Counted from the first letter of the whole stretch, positions 51,691 to 63,452 are shown. The stretch is DNA of 63,452 nucleotides, filler included, from Lenisia limosa (GCA_001655205.1; 12 parts of 12 records of this genome joined end to end with filler, not necessarily neighbours in it), one strand, 5' to 3'. Numbers and translations: made by a program. Notes: generated by a model not told the origin, from the sequence alone.

Positions 51691-54600
51691 TAGGGAAAAC
51701 ATCGCACTGACCATCCAGCTAATTTTGACGACCTTTATCGCAGCACTGACCATCCAGCTCATCTTTGACGACCTTTACCGGAGCATCAAACAGGACCCTA
51801 CAAACCCCCAGAAAGTTCAGTGTATGTGGCTCTCACTTTTGCGAATGATGCCTTCGAAACTCAGGCTACCTGAAGTCCCATCTAAGTCACCCTCCCCCCC
51901 AGTATTCAAGGAGGTCACTGATACGAAGTCGCACATTATGGGGAGGATTCACCGTTCACTGTTTGGCGAGTGGAAGAAGGTAGTCTCCAAGATTGCCGCG
52001 GAAACAATGAAGGGCAAGGACTTTGAGAAGGTTGGCATCTATTCGGCTACAACGATCCTTCACTTTCTCCCCTGACATCACAGTGTGGCCTGACTAAGAG
52101 TGACATGGAGCATCTGAAGAAGTACGTGTCATCTCAGGACCTGAGCGACTGGTCTCCGTATCTCGCCAACTTTCAGAAACACTTCCCCAGTCGGCTATTT
52201 GATACAAAGACTGTATTTATCAAAAAAAATACCTCACGAGGCATAATATATGGCTTGTCAGAGTTTTTTTTTTTGTTAATTTTTTTTTTACGATTACCTG
52301 CCCCTCCAATAGTCTCATTACCCCCAGAGCCTATTGAAATGCCTGGACAGTATCACGGTTTCTCCAAGCCCATTCCTGGCACAGCTAAAACCATTGTAGC
52401 GTTCAAATCGTAGGTGGATGACTTGTTGTTTTGTAGATTTATTTTTCCTACCTTATTTATCAAAATTTCCTTTGATTTACTCCCACACCGACCCCTTAGA
52501 GAACTTCTTTCATTAATTTCCGTTTAGGAGGATCACAATGATGGGGTCATTGAGACAGCCGAAAGCAGTGGAGATCATCACATCAGACCTGCAGACCACC
52601 AAAATGCTTGTTAAAGGTGGGTTGAGGCATAATATTGTTAATTTCTCACTTCTCACATTTCAGGAGGAGAGGACTTACGACAAGATCAACGCGCACTTCA
52701 AGCCTTCAGAGAAATCAATAGGATGATGCCTGAAGCCTCGACTTCCGGAACAGCTCTCCAGTAGGCTTTGCTAATGACGTCATGACTTCACCATACAGCA
52801 CACCTACATACGCCTGCATTCCCTTGTCCGGTCTAATTGGCCTGGTGGAATGGGTGCCCCAGACGGTACCCTTCAAGAGCCTCATTGACGCCGAATTGCG
52901 AAGAGCGTAAGCGCAGGCTTTTGAGTGTGTTAGTTCCCGTTGTAGCTATTGCTGTGTGTAATGCAAATGATTGGGTGAATTATTATACTCTTTAAGCGTG
53001 ATGACCAGATACAACCTTGTGTTTTATTTCTCATTGCTATATAGCATATCATATGTTATTAATGCGGTGGTTGCAGTGTGATATTACGATACGCAGTTTT
53101 GATTGCTCTCATGATTAGGGGTAAAAACTCTACTCTGATGGACTACCGACAAGCTTTGACAAAGAATGACGTTTGTCAGCAAATCGACAAAAAGTGGGGG
53201 GAGTACTGGATTGACTGTTGAAACCCCTGTAATTATCGATATAAGATTATCAAGGCCTTCAGCATATCAAACTTGAGATGGCCCCCTCTAACCATTCAGG
53301 AGAGAAGCTGTGTTCCAGAAGTCGGCCAAAGCCTTCCCAGCCAACATGCTGAGAAGCGCCATTCAAAACGCCGCGTCTTCACCACATGCCTGGCTTCAAA
53401 TGAGAAAGAACTACGCTGTGACCCTCGGTACTGATCCTTCGTCCATTGGATTCAGTTTATTCTCTTCCACCCCCCCCCCCCCNNNNNNNNNNNNNNNNNN
53501 NNNNNNNNNNNNNNNNNNNNNNNNNNNNNNNNNNGACCTTTCAGCGTGCTCCAACATTGCGGGATACATTATGGGAGTGGGCGACAGACATTTGGATAAC
53601 ACGCTCGTCAAGGTGGGTGTGTTTGTTCAAGGTGGTTGCCAAGATGGTTGTCAAGATGCTTGCCAAGATGTTAGCCAAAATGCTTGTTCAGATGATTGTT
53701 ATGATGATTGTTACGATGGTTGTTAAGGTGCAAGATGGTTGTTAAGATGAGCTCAAGTGTTTTTGAGAACATTAGAAAGGAACTGACGGTACAGATGAAC
53801 ACAGGCGAATTACAGCCCATTGACTTCGGTCATTTGTTTGGTACTGCCACAATCGTCCGCGGGGGAGGGGGTCATTAAGAGCTTTGGGTAGCCCGTTACA
53901 ACGCTACAAAGGGGGTAGATCTCTTTCTTGACTCCTCAGCTCCTTGGAATTCCCGAACTGGTGCCCTTCAGACTGACTCGAAACCTTGTCAACGTCCTTG
54001 AGCCTCTGGGCGTCCAGGGAGGCTTGCGACTGGCCTTGCTTGAGGCTCTCACTGCAATCATCGGTAGGGGATAAGACTCCAAAACATGCTTATTTGGACT
54101 GCTTATCACCCCCTAAGGTAGCATATGATTATCCCCCCCCCCTCCCCAGTGATTACTACCTCAACGCCCATATTCTTCATCGAAATTTCTTCGTTTTACT
54201 CCCCCCAGATAACAAACACGTACTACTGCGCATTCTGTCCGCGTTCACAGAGTGTCCGCCTTTGGATTGGGAGAAGTACGGTGCCCGTATCAAAAAGTGA
54301 GTGGTTAACGATTTTTTATGTACTATTATTATATACATCATCACCCTTACTCTTCAGCTTCAAAGATATCGCGTACAAGGGTCTTGAGAACCGCATCAAT
54401 GGTCTGGGGAGGGGGGTTTGACCAGGGCAATTAGGTCTTCACTTCGGTTCGAAAAAAGACTGAATTTCTCAATAAATCCTCGAAAACTATCGATATTTTC
54501 CCGAACCGAAGTGAAGCCTTACTGACAATCATTCTCTTTACTTATATTACATCTAGGTAAGAACCCCACTCTGGCCACCTTCGAACTGGTGGAGCACAAC

Positions 54601-54855
54601 CCGCACCTCAGAAGAGAGAGCGGCAGAACAAAACTCCGATATCTCAAAGTCTGAAGGGATTAACTGTACTTCTTAGTCAAATCAATCATTTACCATATAT
54701 AGAAGGTCTTGGATGGCAGCAGCTCAAGTATCCGCTATTCACTTTCGAAAAAGTCTCACTTATCACCTGCTGACCAAGTTGACATTTTGATTGACATGGC
54801 TACGGACCCTCTTTTGCTTTCCACAATCTATTGTGGGTGGAGCCCCAACGTGTAA
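51691..54855 (+). CDS. PRKDC: DNA-PKcs C-terminal part (FAT end, PI3K-like kinase, FATC); 5' truncated
   Basis: IEMPGQYHGFSKP; MGSLRQPK; LVKGGEDLRQDQR; GLVEWV; YIMGVGDRHLDN; IDFGHLFG; ELVPFRLTRN; FATC-like DQVDILIDMATDPLLLSTIYCGWSPNV*. Confidence 0.9.
52959..53041 (-). mobile_element. Repeat family 2 copy in a DNA-PKcs intron
   Basis: GCAAATGATTGGGTGAA...CCAGATACAACCTTGTGTTTTATTTCTCATTGCTATA is the reverse complement of the 19007 copy ends. Confidence 0.75.
53628..53750 (+). repeat. Degenerate 12-bp minisatellite (CAAGATGGTTGT-like) in a DNA-PKcs intron
   Basis: About 9-10 imperfect units: caaggtggttgc caagatggttgt caagatgcttgc caagatgttagc ... Confidence 0.75.
54432..54521 (-). mobile_element. 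MITE family 1 copy in a DNA-PKcs intron
   Basis: TAGGTCTTCACTTCGGTTCGAAAAAAG...CCGAACCGAAGTGAAGCCTTA; flanks AGGGCAAT/CTGACAAT. Confidence 0.9.
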
Positions 54856-55109
54856 TACATGGTATCCAAGTGTAATTCAAAAGTATCTTTTATTTCATTC
54901 TCATCGGTGTTTTGCATCTGTTGAGGACAAGTCCATGGTGACTTTGTTGGATGGACAGTCAAAAAAAAAAATCGAATTGGCGCGGAAACCATTTTTATGC
55001 CTAATGAGCACTCGTGTACTTCGGGATTTCCTCACCATTGCAGTTAATATTACAATATCAATACATTAATACAGAAAGAAACACCCAACATTTTCAAAAT
55101 AAAAAAAAT

Positions 55110-55921
55110 CTACTCTACCCATATTCCCTCTTCCTCGTCGTCGCTCACGTTCAACGCCTCTTGTTGGCCGGTAGTGTTAATGAGCACTGACCGTCTCTTA
55201 TGCGCTTCTATCACGGTTAATAAATATGACAATTATACTGAAATGATGAAAGATGGATTGCCCTCTTCCAAAAAAGGTGTCTTTTTTAGGATAAATTTGG
55301 GAAACATCATGCCCAGCTTACTATGGTTAAATGAGTGGTCCTCTATTGAACTGGCAGCATCTGCATCGAAGTTGGTCATCATCGTTTGGGACGTGTCTGT
55401 TTCCTAATATGGTAATTTGGTGTTTCATTTCCAAAAACACAATGAACACTTAAATACTGATCAGATTGTTATTCTGACACAGTAAACCTCCATTGTTAAA
55501 GTCATACTTTGAGCCCATCGTCTATCTTATGTGAGGCCTCAAGGAGTATCACAACGATGCAGAAGAGAACATTTCCTGCCAGCAGCACCAACACCGTCCA
55601 TGTTAACACGTCTGAGCGATGTCCCTATCAGGGGTTAAAAGGGGATAAAGGTGATTGTAAAGAGTCGATAACTCAGGATATAGCAATGATAAAAAAAAGG
55701 GTTGAGATATAACGTAAACGTAATCAAACTATCCCCAGGAAAATATGATAAAACAATGCAGTTTCACATACATCAGCGTAAATTTGGCCCGCAATGAGCG
55801 TGAGTGAGTTGACACAGAGACCCGTTGAATCGGCCATCGTCAGCGCCGGTGACAGGTAGGGCCGGAAGTGTTCGTTGAGAAAAAGACAAATGAAGAGGGA
55901 CCCCAGACATATGGCTGTCTG
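55110..55921 (-). CDS. C-terminal fragment of an unidentified multi-pass membrane protein
   Basis: Exons QTAICLGSLFICLFL...LTLIAGQIYAD; DVLTWTVLVLLAGNVLFCIVVILLEA; ends EEEGIWVE*. Confidence 0.4.
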
Positions 55922-56053
55922 CNNNNNNNNNNNNNNNNNNNNNNNNNNNNNNNNNNNNNNNNNNNNTTAATTAATTAANNNNNNNNNNNNNNNNNNNNNN
56001 NNNNNNNNNNNNNNNNNNNNNNTAATAACTGCATGCAACCACTCATGACACAG

Positions 56054-59000
56054 TCATCTTGCTGGAATGTTCTACCGCACCATCCGCCTCTGTAACCTTG
56101 GCCTCAAGCCGGTGTACGTGTTCGATGGAAAGCCTCCCGAAATGAAGAGTGATGAGGTGGGAGGGGGTCAAATTCAACAGTAAGTGGATTTTTACGTTGG
56201 AAGTTACTCAGAAATAGTACTACTTATTTGTTCCCAGCTTCATAAAGATACTATTTAAATTCATAAACAGGAGGTTAAGCCTATTTAACACCAGTGGTGC
56301 GGATATGAGGGAAGTACCTCATATTTACCTCGCAAGCCCCACTCACCCTTCCAGCTTGTCAAGCGTCGTGAGAAGAACCAAGAGGCTCAGGAAAGTCTTG
56401 CCAAGGCCAAGGAGGAGGGTTGGGGGCCGAAACTAAGGGAGTAGGAGTGATGGTAAGATATGTTATAGTAGCCAATAACATAAACAGCACTACAATCAGA
56501 AGACGCAATATCCTATAACTGAATGGAACAGACTGGATCCTTACCATTGCGTCATATCAACCTGACCAAGTCTACACTTTTCAGGGTTTCCTCACATAGT
56601 ATAATATGCTCGAGGTCCTAAACTATGTCGTTAATTCGAATTATTGTCGTTAATTCAATTTTCTGTGACTGTCTCTTTCTCATGTTACGGTCAACTTCAC
56701 AACAATTTAACTCGTAAAAAAGGACATATGAGAAGAATGCGAGCGCGCATAAACTGAAAAAAAATTGCGCGAGCGTGGCGCTAAAAAAATTAAATTTCCA
56801 CGATAAAGTGCTGATTTTGCAAAAAAAAAAAAAGAAAAATTTTGAAAGATTATATTTTTCTTTTTTTTCCTTCATAAACAAATTAAGTGTGTATATCTCA
56901 GAAATATAGTACTATTTTGAAGGGGAATAGCTGATTTGGCGACCGTAAATAATTAACGACATGAATTCGAAATAATGACATAATTTTGGACCTTGAGCAT
57001 ATGTACTGCATCATAAAAGATCTTTCTGACAACATCATTGTTCAGGTGATGCTGAGATGATCAACAAGTTGTCAAAGAGAACTGTCCGGGTGAGTTCCAC
57101 ACATCGTGATGAGGCTATGAAGCTTCTTGACCTCTTAGGTGTACCTTATGTTCTGGTCTGAGGGGGGGGTGGACAGTTTTTTTTTTATGTCAAAAGGAAA
57201 TCGTCCTTCCTATTTTGTTTTTACTATTTCTGGCTTTCATTCAAAAGCATTTCAGATATTGGGATTAAGATCAAATTGGACATCAACAGAGTGATCCTTT
57301 GGTCACATCCCCATGTCACCTTCCAGGCCCCCTGTGAGGCTGAAGCCCAATGCGCGTCTCTGGCCAAGGACGGCAAGGTTGCTGGGGGGGGGGTCATTTT
57401 GGCCCTATATCACCACATTTAACTCAACATCTTTGAGATACATATATACATATGTATTGATACATGTCATTCTACTGCTGAAGTGAGTGGATGGGAGTGA
57501 ACAGGTGGCGATGGTAAGAAATAGTTAATCTCATAAAAATGTAGCAATCTCTCTTGGTATAATGATTCTCACGCTTGTTCCCTAGGTATGGGCAACAGCC
57601 ACTGAGGATATGGATGCCTTGACTTTCGGAACTCCTACTCTCCTGAGGCATCTGACTTTCTCGTGAGCGACAGGTCATGGAATATTTGCAGTGCTCCCTA
57701 TGGTATGAAAAAGACCAGTAAAATGATATTTAACGAGGATTTATCGAGAAATTAAGTCTTTTTTTGGGACCGCAGGTAAGCTCTTAATATGAGAGAGCCC
57801 CCTGCATGTTTTTCTTCCTTAGCTCAAAGTGACAATGTAGTGAGTCTCGCAAGTTGCCAGTTCTTCAGATCAACCTTGACAACGCCATCAAGGAGTTGGG
57901 CTTGACTATGGATCAGGTCTGCCCCAGGAAAATTCATTCATTTTAATCTGAGGATACTACTAGGGAAAAGAGTACACTACCAACATGCTCTAATATTTTT
58001 CGATGTCTCTTTATAACTGATTCCTTTACCTCCTTTCAGTTCATCGACATGTGTATTCTGTGTGGCTGTGACTACTGCGGCACTATTCGCGGTATTGGCC
58101 CCATGAAGTCCCTTGATCTCATCAAGAAACACAAGAACATAGAGACGGTTATTAAGGTTGGCAGGTTCCGATACTGCGGTTTCAGGGGACTCGATAAACG
58201 TAAATATTTCTGGGTTTGTTATTCTGTGTTCAATGTTGTGAGAGTATGTTTATTACATTTTTTGTTTGTTTGGAATTATTGTTTACTTTTGTGTCATTTC
58301 AGCATTATTCTTCATAGAATTTGCCTTTGTTTTGCTGTTTTCAACCCTTTTGAGCACCTTCAATGTTCATCCAATAGGGTTGTTTCAAGTTTTTCATTCC
58401 CCAGAACCTTGACACTGAGAAGTACCCCGTGCCGGACAGTTTCAACTACGAACAAGCCAGAAAGCTCTTCAAGGAGCATGAAGTCACAAAGTCCGAAGAT
58501 ATTGAGGTTGGGGGCACATATCTTAATATCGTATCTGAGTCGTCATACCAACGGGTTCTCCTTGATTGTTTTTCATTCTCCATCACCCCCCAGCTGACCT
58601 GGAAGCCTCCCCAAGAAAAGGAGCTTATTGAGTTCATGTGCGGGCAAAAGGGATTTTCAGTGGAACGAGTTACATCAGGAATGAACAAAATCAAGGTGGG
58701 TTCGTCATCTGAACAACAAAAAAACTGTTCTCTTGCAGCTTTTCTTCGTTTTCCCCAGGGTTCGACATTTTCACTTTATCATTTTATCCATATTTCGATA
58801 CAACATCTTCTTTTCACCCCCCTCAGGCTTCCCAAGCCAAAAAGACCCAGAACCGCATGACAGACTTCTTCAAAGTGACAGGTGTGACAAAGGTCAAGGC
58901 CGACCCCAAAGTACGCCGCTGTTTTCGATCGAATCGTGCAATTTGTTCCCACACCACTTTTTTATGACTAAAGATGGGGGTTAGATCTGCCGATTTTATT

Positions 59001-59300
59001 AGTATCCATCTCCAAATTGGATTCCTTTACCCCTCCCCCCCGGTGCTGCCGAAGCGACTGGCCTGGGCTTTGTTTTGTNNNNNNNNNNNNNNNNNNNNNN
59101 NNNNNNNNNNNNNNNNNNNNNNNNNNNNNNNNNNNNNNNNNNNNNNNNNNNNNNNNNNNNNNNNNNNNNNNNNNNNNNNNNNNNNNNNNNNNNNNNNNNN
59201 NNNNNNNNNNNNNNNNNNNNNNNNNNNNNNNNNNNNNNNNNNNNNNNNNNNNNNNNNNNNNNNNNNNNNNNNTGCCGCAAAGAGATTCAATAAGAAGTAG
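56054..59300 (+). CDS. FEN1: Flap endonuclease 1; 5' truncated
   Basis: [13 protein letters not shown]...[10 protein letters not shown]; [10 protein letters not shown]; [11 protein letters not shown]; [15 protein letters not shown]; PIP-box-like TQNRMTDFF; ends AAKRFNKK*. Confidence 0.95.
56606..57000. mobile_element. MITE family 3 (~395 bp, ~50-bp TIRs) in a FEN1 intron
   Basis: ATGCTCGAGGTCCTAAACTATGTCGTTAATTCGAATTATTGTCGTTAATT against the reverse complement of 56951-57000 gives 43/50 identity. Confidence 0.8.
57689..57785 (+). mobile_element. MITE family 1, degenerate copy in a FEN1 intron
   Basis: GAAAAAGACCAGTAAAATGATATTTAACGAGGATTTATCGAGAAATTAAGTCTTTTTTT matches the family interior. 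Confidence 0.7.
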
Positions 59301-60838
59301 ATGTTTTAGCCAGGTGTAAGATAATTTTGTATTATATACTATGTATCATATGGTGTAGTTTTCTATTCTTTTGGATCTGGGCGGATATCGCTGCTGGTTG
59401 CTCAACACTTGTTATTTCCGGCCCGATTTATTATCAGAAATAACACTCACCGCGCGTGTGTGTGTGGGGGGGGGGGTAATAAATCTGTAAAAAGCACTGA
59501 AAGCACAAACCAAAAATTGCTAAAATACTGCACCTGCACTTGCTGCACTCCGTGGTTTGCTAACATTGATTATTCAAGTTTCAAATTAGTCTTAGTAGCC
59601 AAATTGTTGTGAAGCAGCCCGAGGAGACACACCTGACACCAAACCTTGATCCTTGAACCCTTCGAACACCCCCCAACTTCAGAACTCCTCAATCACCCCA
59701 TCACACATAATGGTTGATAAGAAGTGCTGTGTCTGTTTTGAGGCGACAACAAAGGGCTACAAGTGCCCCACGTGCTCACAACCCTAGTATGTTTTGCTTG
59801 ATTTCCTTATCCAGACATGCCCAACCCCTTTATTTCCTCACGCAAGGCTGGTGCAAGATATTCTCTGAACTCTTATATTTGCAACTAAGGGCTCAAACCC
59901 ATGGCATACGGGGTGGATAGCTTTGTTTTTGAGATATATTAACTAGCAGTATGCTTGCCCCTCCCCCTCTTCCTCAAGCTCTCTTTTCATCTCTGCCATG
60001 GATATAGTCTTGCTCACTGAAAACTAATTTTCATCTTCAACTCTGAAAGTACATATCATATATCTCATTTCTATATGTCTCAAACACAATGATGCTCTTT
60101 CATGTTGCTCGCACACCCCTGTTTTGACGTTTTTAGCTGTTCAGTGCCATGCTTCAAAACCCATAAAGGTAGGCAGTATTATGAATACCCGAACATTTTC
60201 AAGCCATTCTGTCAAATGCTAGCTTTTTTTTTGTATTCTTGAAGAAATAAACATTGCACCAGCCTCCTTGGGTGCTTGTGATGAAGTATACTGGAGCACG
60301 TTTTCCCCGTAACCGCACAATAAACCAAAACTAGGACAGTAGCCAAGGAGGAGTCATGTAGAAAGGCAGCTCACACAAAAGGGTACAATATCCATATGCA
60401 CTATTTAGACGGGAGGATGTGCAACGTGAAATCTTTTATTATTTCCAGTATCGGAACTATCAACCAATAATTGTGGGGTGTGACTCTTAACATCTTAGTT
60501 ACCTGTGTGCCCCCTCCCAAACCTGAACCCGCTGTTGCGAGGGTTGAAGCCAACTTAGGTTAGTAGCTGGGGGGGGGGGAGATCATTTTCTTTCATTGGT
60601 TCATTATGTGGCTTTATCTTTTAACAGTGGGTAATATGCCTCGGAGTAAGCATTCACGCGTATTACAAACGTTCTTAGAGTTTTTATGGTTAATAGGCGG
60701 ATTATGCAAAGCTATTCTTAGTCGGTTTTCGTACTCGGNNNNNNNNNNNNNNNNNNNNNNNNNNNNNNNNNNNNNNNNNNNNTTAATTAATTAANNNNNN
60801 NNNNNNNNNNNNNNNNNNNNNNNNNNNNNNNNNNNNNN

Positions 60839-61996
60839 GCGTTATGAGCGAAGGATCTTGTGTGGAGTGCGACACTGGTATGGCTTCGTTTATTTGTAGT
60901 ATTACTGCCATTCATTGAATAGTTACATTCACCTTTCATTTAGTTCATATACATATAGAGTTGAGCATTACTGATTATATTACATGGGTATACATATATT
61001 GGAGTATTACTGATATGTAATATGCTTAGTATTAATGACACTATATGTAGTATTATATAAATAATACAATATTTTGGAGCGTAGTTTTATGTGTGTATTT
61101 TTTGAGCACCGATTTCACCTTACCGTTTCAGCCCAGTTTGCCTTCCTTGACAATTGTCTATCGTGCCCCTTTGGTCTTATATACAGGTATTTTTTGAAGG
61201 GCTTCACTTCGGTTCGAAAATAACCAAACAAATATCGATGGTTTTCGAGGATTTATCGAGAATTTAAGGCTTTTTTTTGAGCCGAAGTGAAGCCCTAATT
61301 ATTTGAGATAGTTTTCGCTTATTATTTTTGCTCGGGGTTGATTCTATTCGTGACTATAATCTTTATACCAATATTCGTGATCGCTGCTAATTTACCCCTC
61401 TGGTCTTATATAATTATACAGATATTTGAGAAAAGGAGGGAAATGTTCAAATGCAGTATGTGAGAAAAGAAAATAAATTGGTGATTACCCGTGTTTGTTT
61501 CCTTAAATGCTTGCCAACAGCGTTGACTCTGAGTGTTTTTGTTGTTACAAAAAAATATGCATATTGGGAGTTGTTTTACCAAAGGAGATAATTTTGGGCT
61601 TCTTTTTATTTGTTTCATAAATTTCCTTCGTTTCATCCCCCCCCCCCCAANNNNNNNNNNNNNNNNNNNNNNNNNNNNNNNNNNNNNNNNNNNNNNNNNN
61701 NNNNNNNNNNNNNNNNNNNNNNNNNNNNNNNNNNNNNNNNNNNNNNNNNNNNNNNNNNNNNNNNNNNNNNNNGACTAAGTAGGCTTTTAGGGCTTTTCAT
61801 CGGTTGGAAAAAAAGCCGCCGGTTTGGTCAACAGAGTTTTTTCCTGGGACCTTTTTATTTCATCAATTTTTATTTTCATAAATTTTCCAACTTTACCCTG
61901 TAGATGCGACTCGCTGGACTACACAAGTCATGACTTAACGGAATGCGTGTCATGCCCCCCTGGCAGCCTTGCCCAGAATAACACCGGACTTGGGTC
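60839..61996 (+). CDS. Cysteine-rich (GCC2/GCC3, Ephrin-receptor-like) repeat protein fragment
   Basis: Exons SEGSCVECDTG; FLDNCLSCPFG; CDSLDYTSHDLTECVSCPPGSLAQNNTG (CxxCPxG motifs). Confidence 0.45.
61197..61297 (+). mobile_element. MITE family 1, full copy with 8-bp TSD
   Basis: AAGGGCTTCACTTCGGTTCGAAAA...TTTTGAGCCGAAGTGAAGCCCTA; flanks ATTTTTTG/ATTATTTG (7/8). Confidence 0.92.
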
Positions 61997-63355
61997 TGTG
62001 GTGAATATCTATCCCTCTCCCTATTTTTTTTTTAATNNNNNNNNNNNNNNNNNNNNNNNNNNNNNNNNNNNNNNNNNNNNTTAATTAATTAANNNNNNNN
62101 NNNNNNNNNNNNNNNNNNNNNNNNNNNNNNNNNNNNCTTTTTGTGTGTGTGGGGAAGGTTTATCTTCTTTTTTTGATATTCATTCTTGGTGGAAGTCTTT
62201 TGTTTATTCTGTATGAGTTGCATTATATTTGTACATATTGTACTTACTACCACTTTTCTTGGCTCACGCCACTTAGTCACGCCCCACGCAAGCTTCGCAA
62301 AATCGCCAAGCACGTGCGTCTTCAGCTCGCACCGCGGCCCCTGTTAGACCGCCGCGCCAGAGTGGGCTGTTTTGACGATCGTAAAGATCACAAGTCTGTT
62401 TTTTTTTTGCAAATTTTGGTTATATTGTTAATTCGTTTTCCACTTTTTCACCCCATTCGCTGGAATGATGGGATGCGGNNNNNNNNNNNNNNNNNNNNNN
62501 NNNNNNNNNNNNNNNNNNNNNNNNNNNNNNNNNNNNNNNNNNNNNNNNNNNNNNNNNNNNNNNNNNNNNNNNNNNNNNNNNNNNNNNNNNNNNNNNNNNN
62601 NNNNNNNNNNNNNNNNNNNNTGCTTATTTATGTTTCATAAATTTTCCAATTTTCTTCCCCCCCCCCCCATGTTTAGAGGTTCAGATTATTTGGTTCGTGA
62701 TTGGTACCTGTACTCCAGCATCTTTATCGAAATTTCCTTATTTTTTTCAGTTGATTTTTGTTGTTGTTGTTGTTATAAATATTCCAACCTGCCCAGGCCA
62801 AGACCATCGTCCTTCATCCTCGCCTGCCCGCCCGCGGCCTTCGTCATCCACCGCTCCCCGCACATCCTCTTCCACTGCCACACGCTCCCGGTACGCCGAG
62901 ATCTCTTAATCTCCAAATAAATAACAAAAAACATAAGACAAGCAATAGCAAACACGGAGGGGGGAGGAGTGAAAAATGGGACACCTTTCCACTTTCTCTT
63001 TGTTCATTCTCCACTCCCTTGACCCCCCCAGGACCCCCACCCGCACCTCACAGCCGGCATCTCGGCCCTCTTCAACTAGGTTTGATTGTAGGATGAATGT
63101 GGACATCTTCTGCCAAACACTCCCTTCTTTTTAGGGCTCCGTGTAGTTATTTGAAAAAATAATTGCAAAAATTGAAGTGAGAGATATTGTCGTGCTAAAA
63201 ACTCATTATTGTTCTTTTTTTGCCCATATTGGTTAGAAATTTCACCGTGCACAGAATCCAAAATCGCGAATCTCCCTCATCACGGCGAACTTATGACCGA
63301 CCCTGGGCATCAGCCAGGAGTGGGAAGGGAGTGGTTAAGAGCGGGAGAGTGGCAA

Positions 63356-63452
63356 TAGATTTCACTTTGGTTCGAAAAATACCGGTAAAATATCGGTGTT
63401 TCCGAGGATTTATAGAGAAATTCAGACTTTTTTTTGAACCGGAGTGAAGCAT
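63356..63452 (+). mobile_element. MITE family 1 copy at the window end
   Basis: TAGATTTCACTTTGGTTCGAAAAATACCGGTAAAATATCGG...TTTTGAACCGGAGTGAAGC. Confidence 0.85.

Noticed and set aside
53310-53726. Cys-rich metallothionein-like ORF (CQDGCQDACQD...)
   Set aside because: It is read-through of a DNA-PKcs exon into an intronic 12-bp minisatellite after a canonical GT donor at 53613.

Overview
This is eukaryotic nuclear DNA, not prokaryotic. It is a concatenation of about 12 scaffolds joined by artificial N44-TTAATTAATTAA-N44 spacers, with further N gaps that mostly abut poly-G/C runs. The dominant organism is an AT-rich, gene-dense protist with many short (about 34-50 nt) canonical GT-AG introns, and it is probably flagellate-capable (centrin, CFAP20, an ASH-like fragment). 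Genes recognised by manual splicing: SPB1/FTSJ3, a DHHC palmitoyltransferase, centrin, a secreted animal-type heme peroxidase, CENP-M, a UBX protein, a Rab fragment, 14-3-3, two class I cyclic-nucleotide phosphodiesterases, an ABCA fragment, CFAP20, BUD31, the DNA-PKcs C-terminus and FEN1. At least three families of small non-autonomous TIR elements are present; one ~100-bp hAT-like MITE has about 10 copies. The standout observation is the CFAP20 gene (38417-39031, minus strand). Its near-invariant protein can only be rebuilt by removing two tiny 23-nt and 22-nt introns that both read GTTTTT...TTG. These are GT-TG introns with no usable AG acceptor, pointing to a non-canonical splicing system in this organism or in a co-binned one. 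Exon boundaries were inferred by eye, and coordinates of fragmentary genes are approximate.
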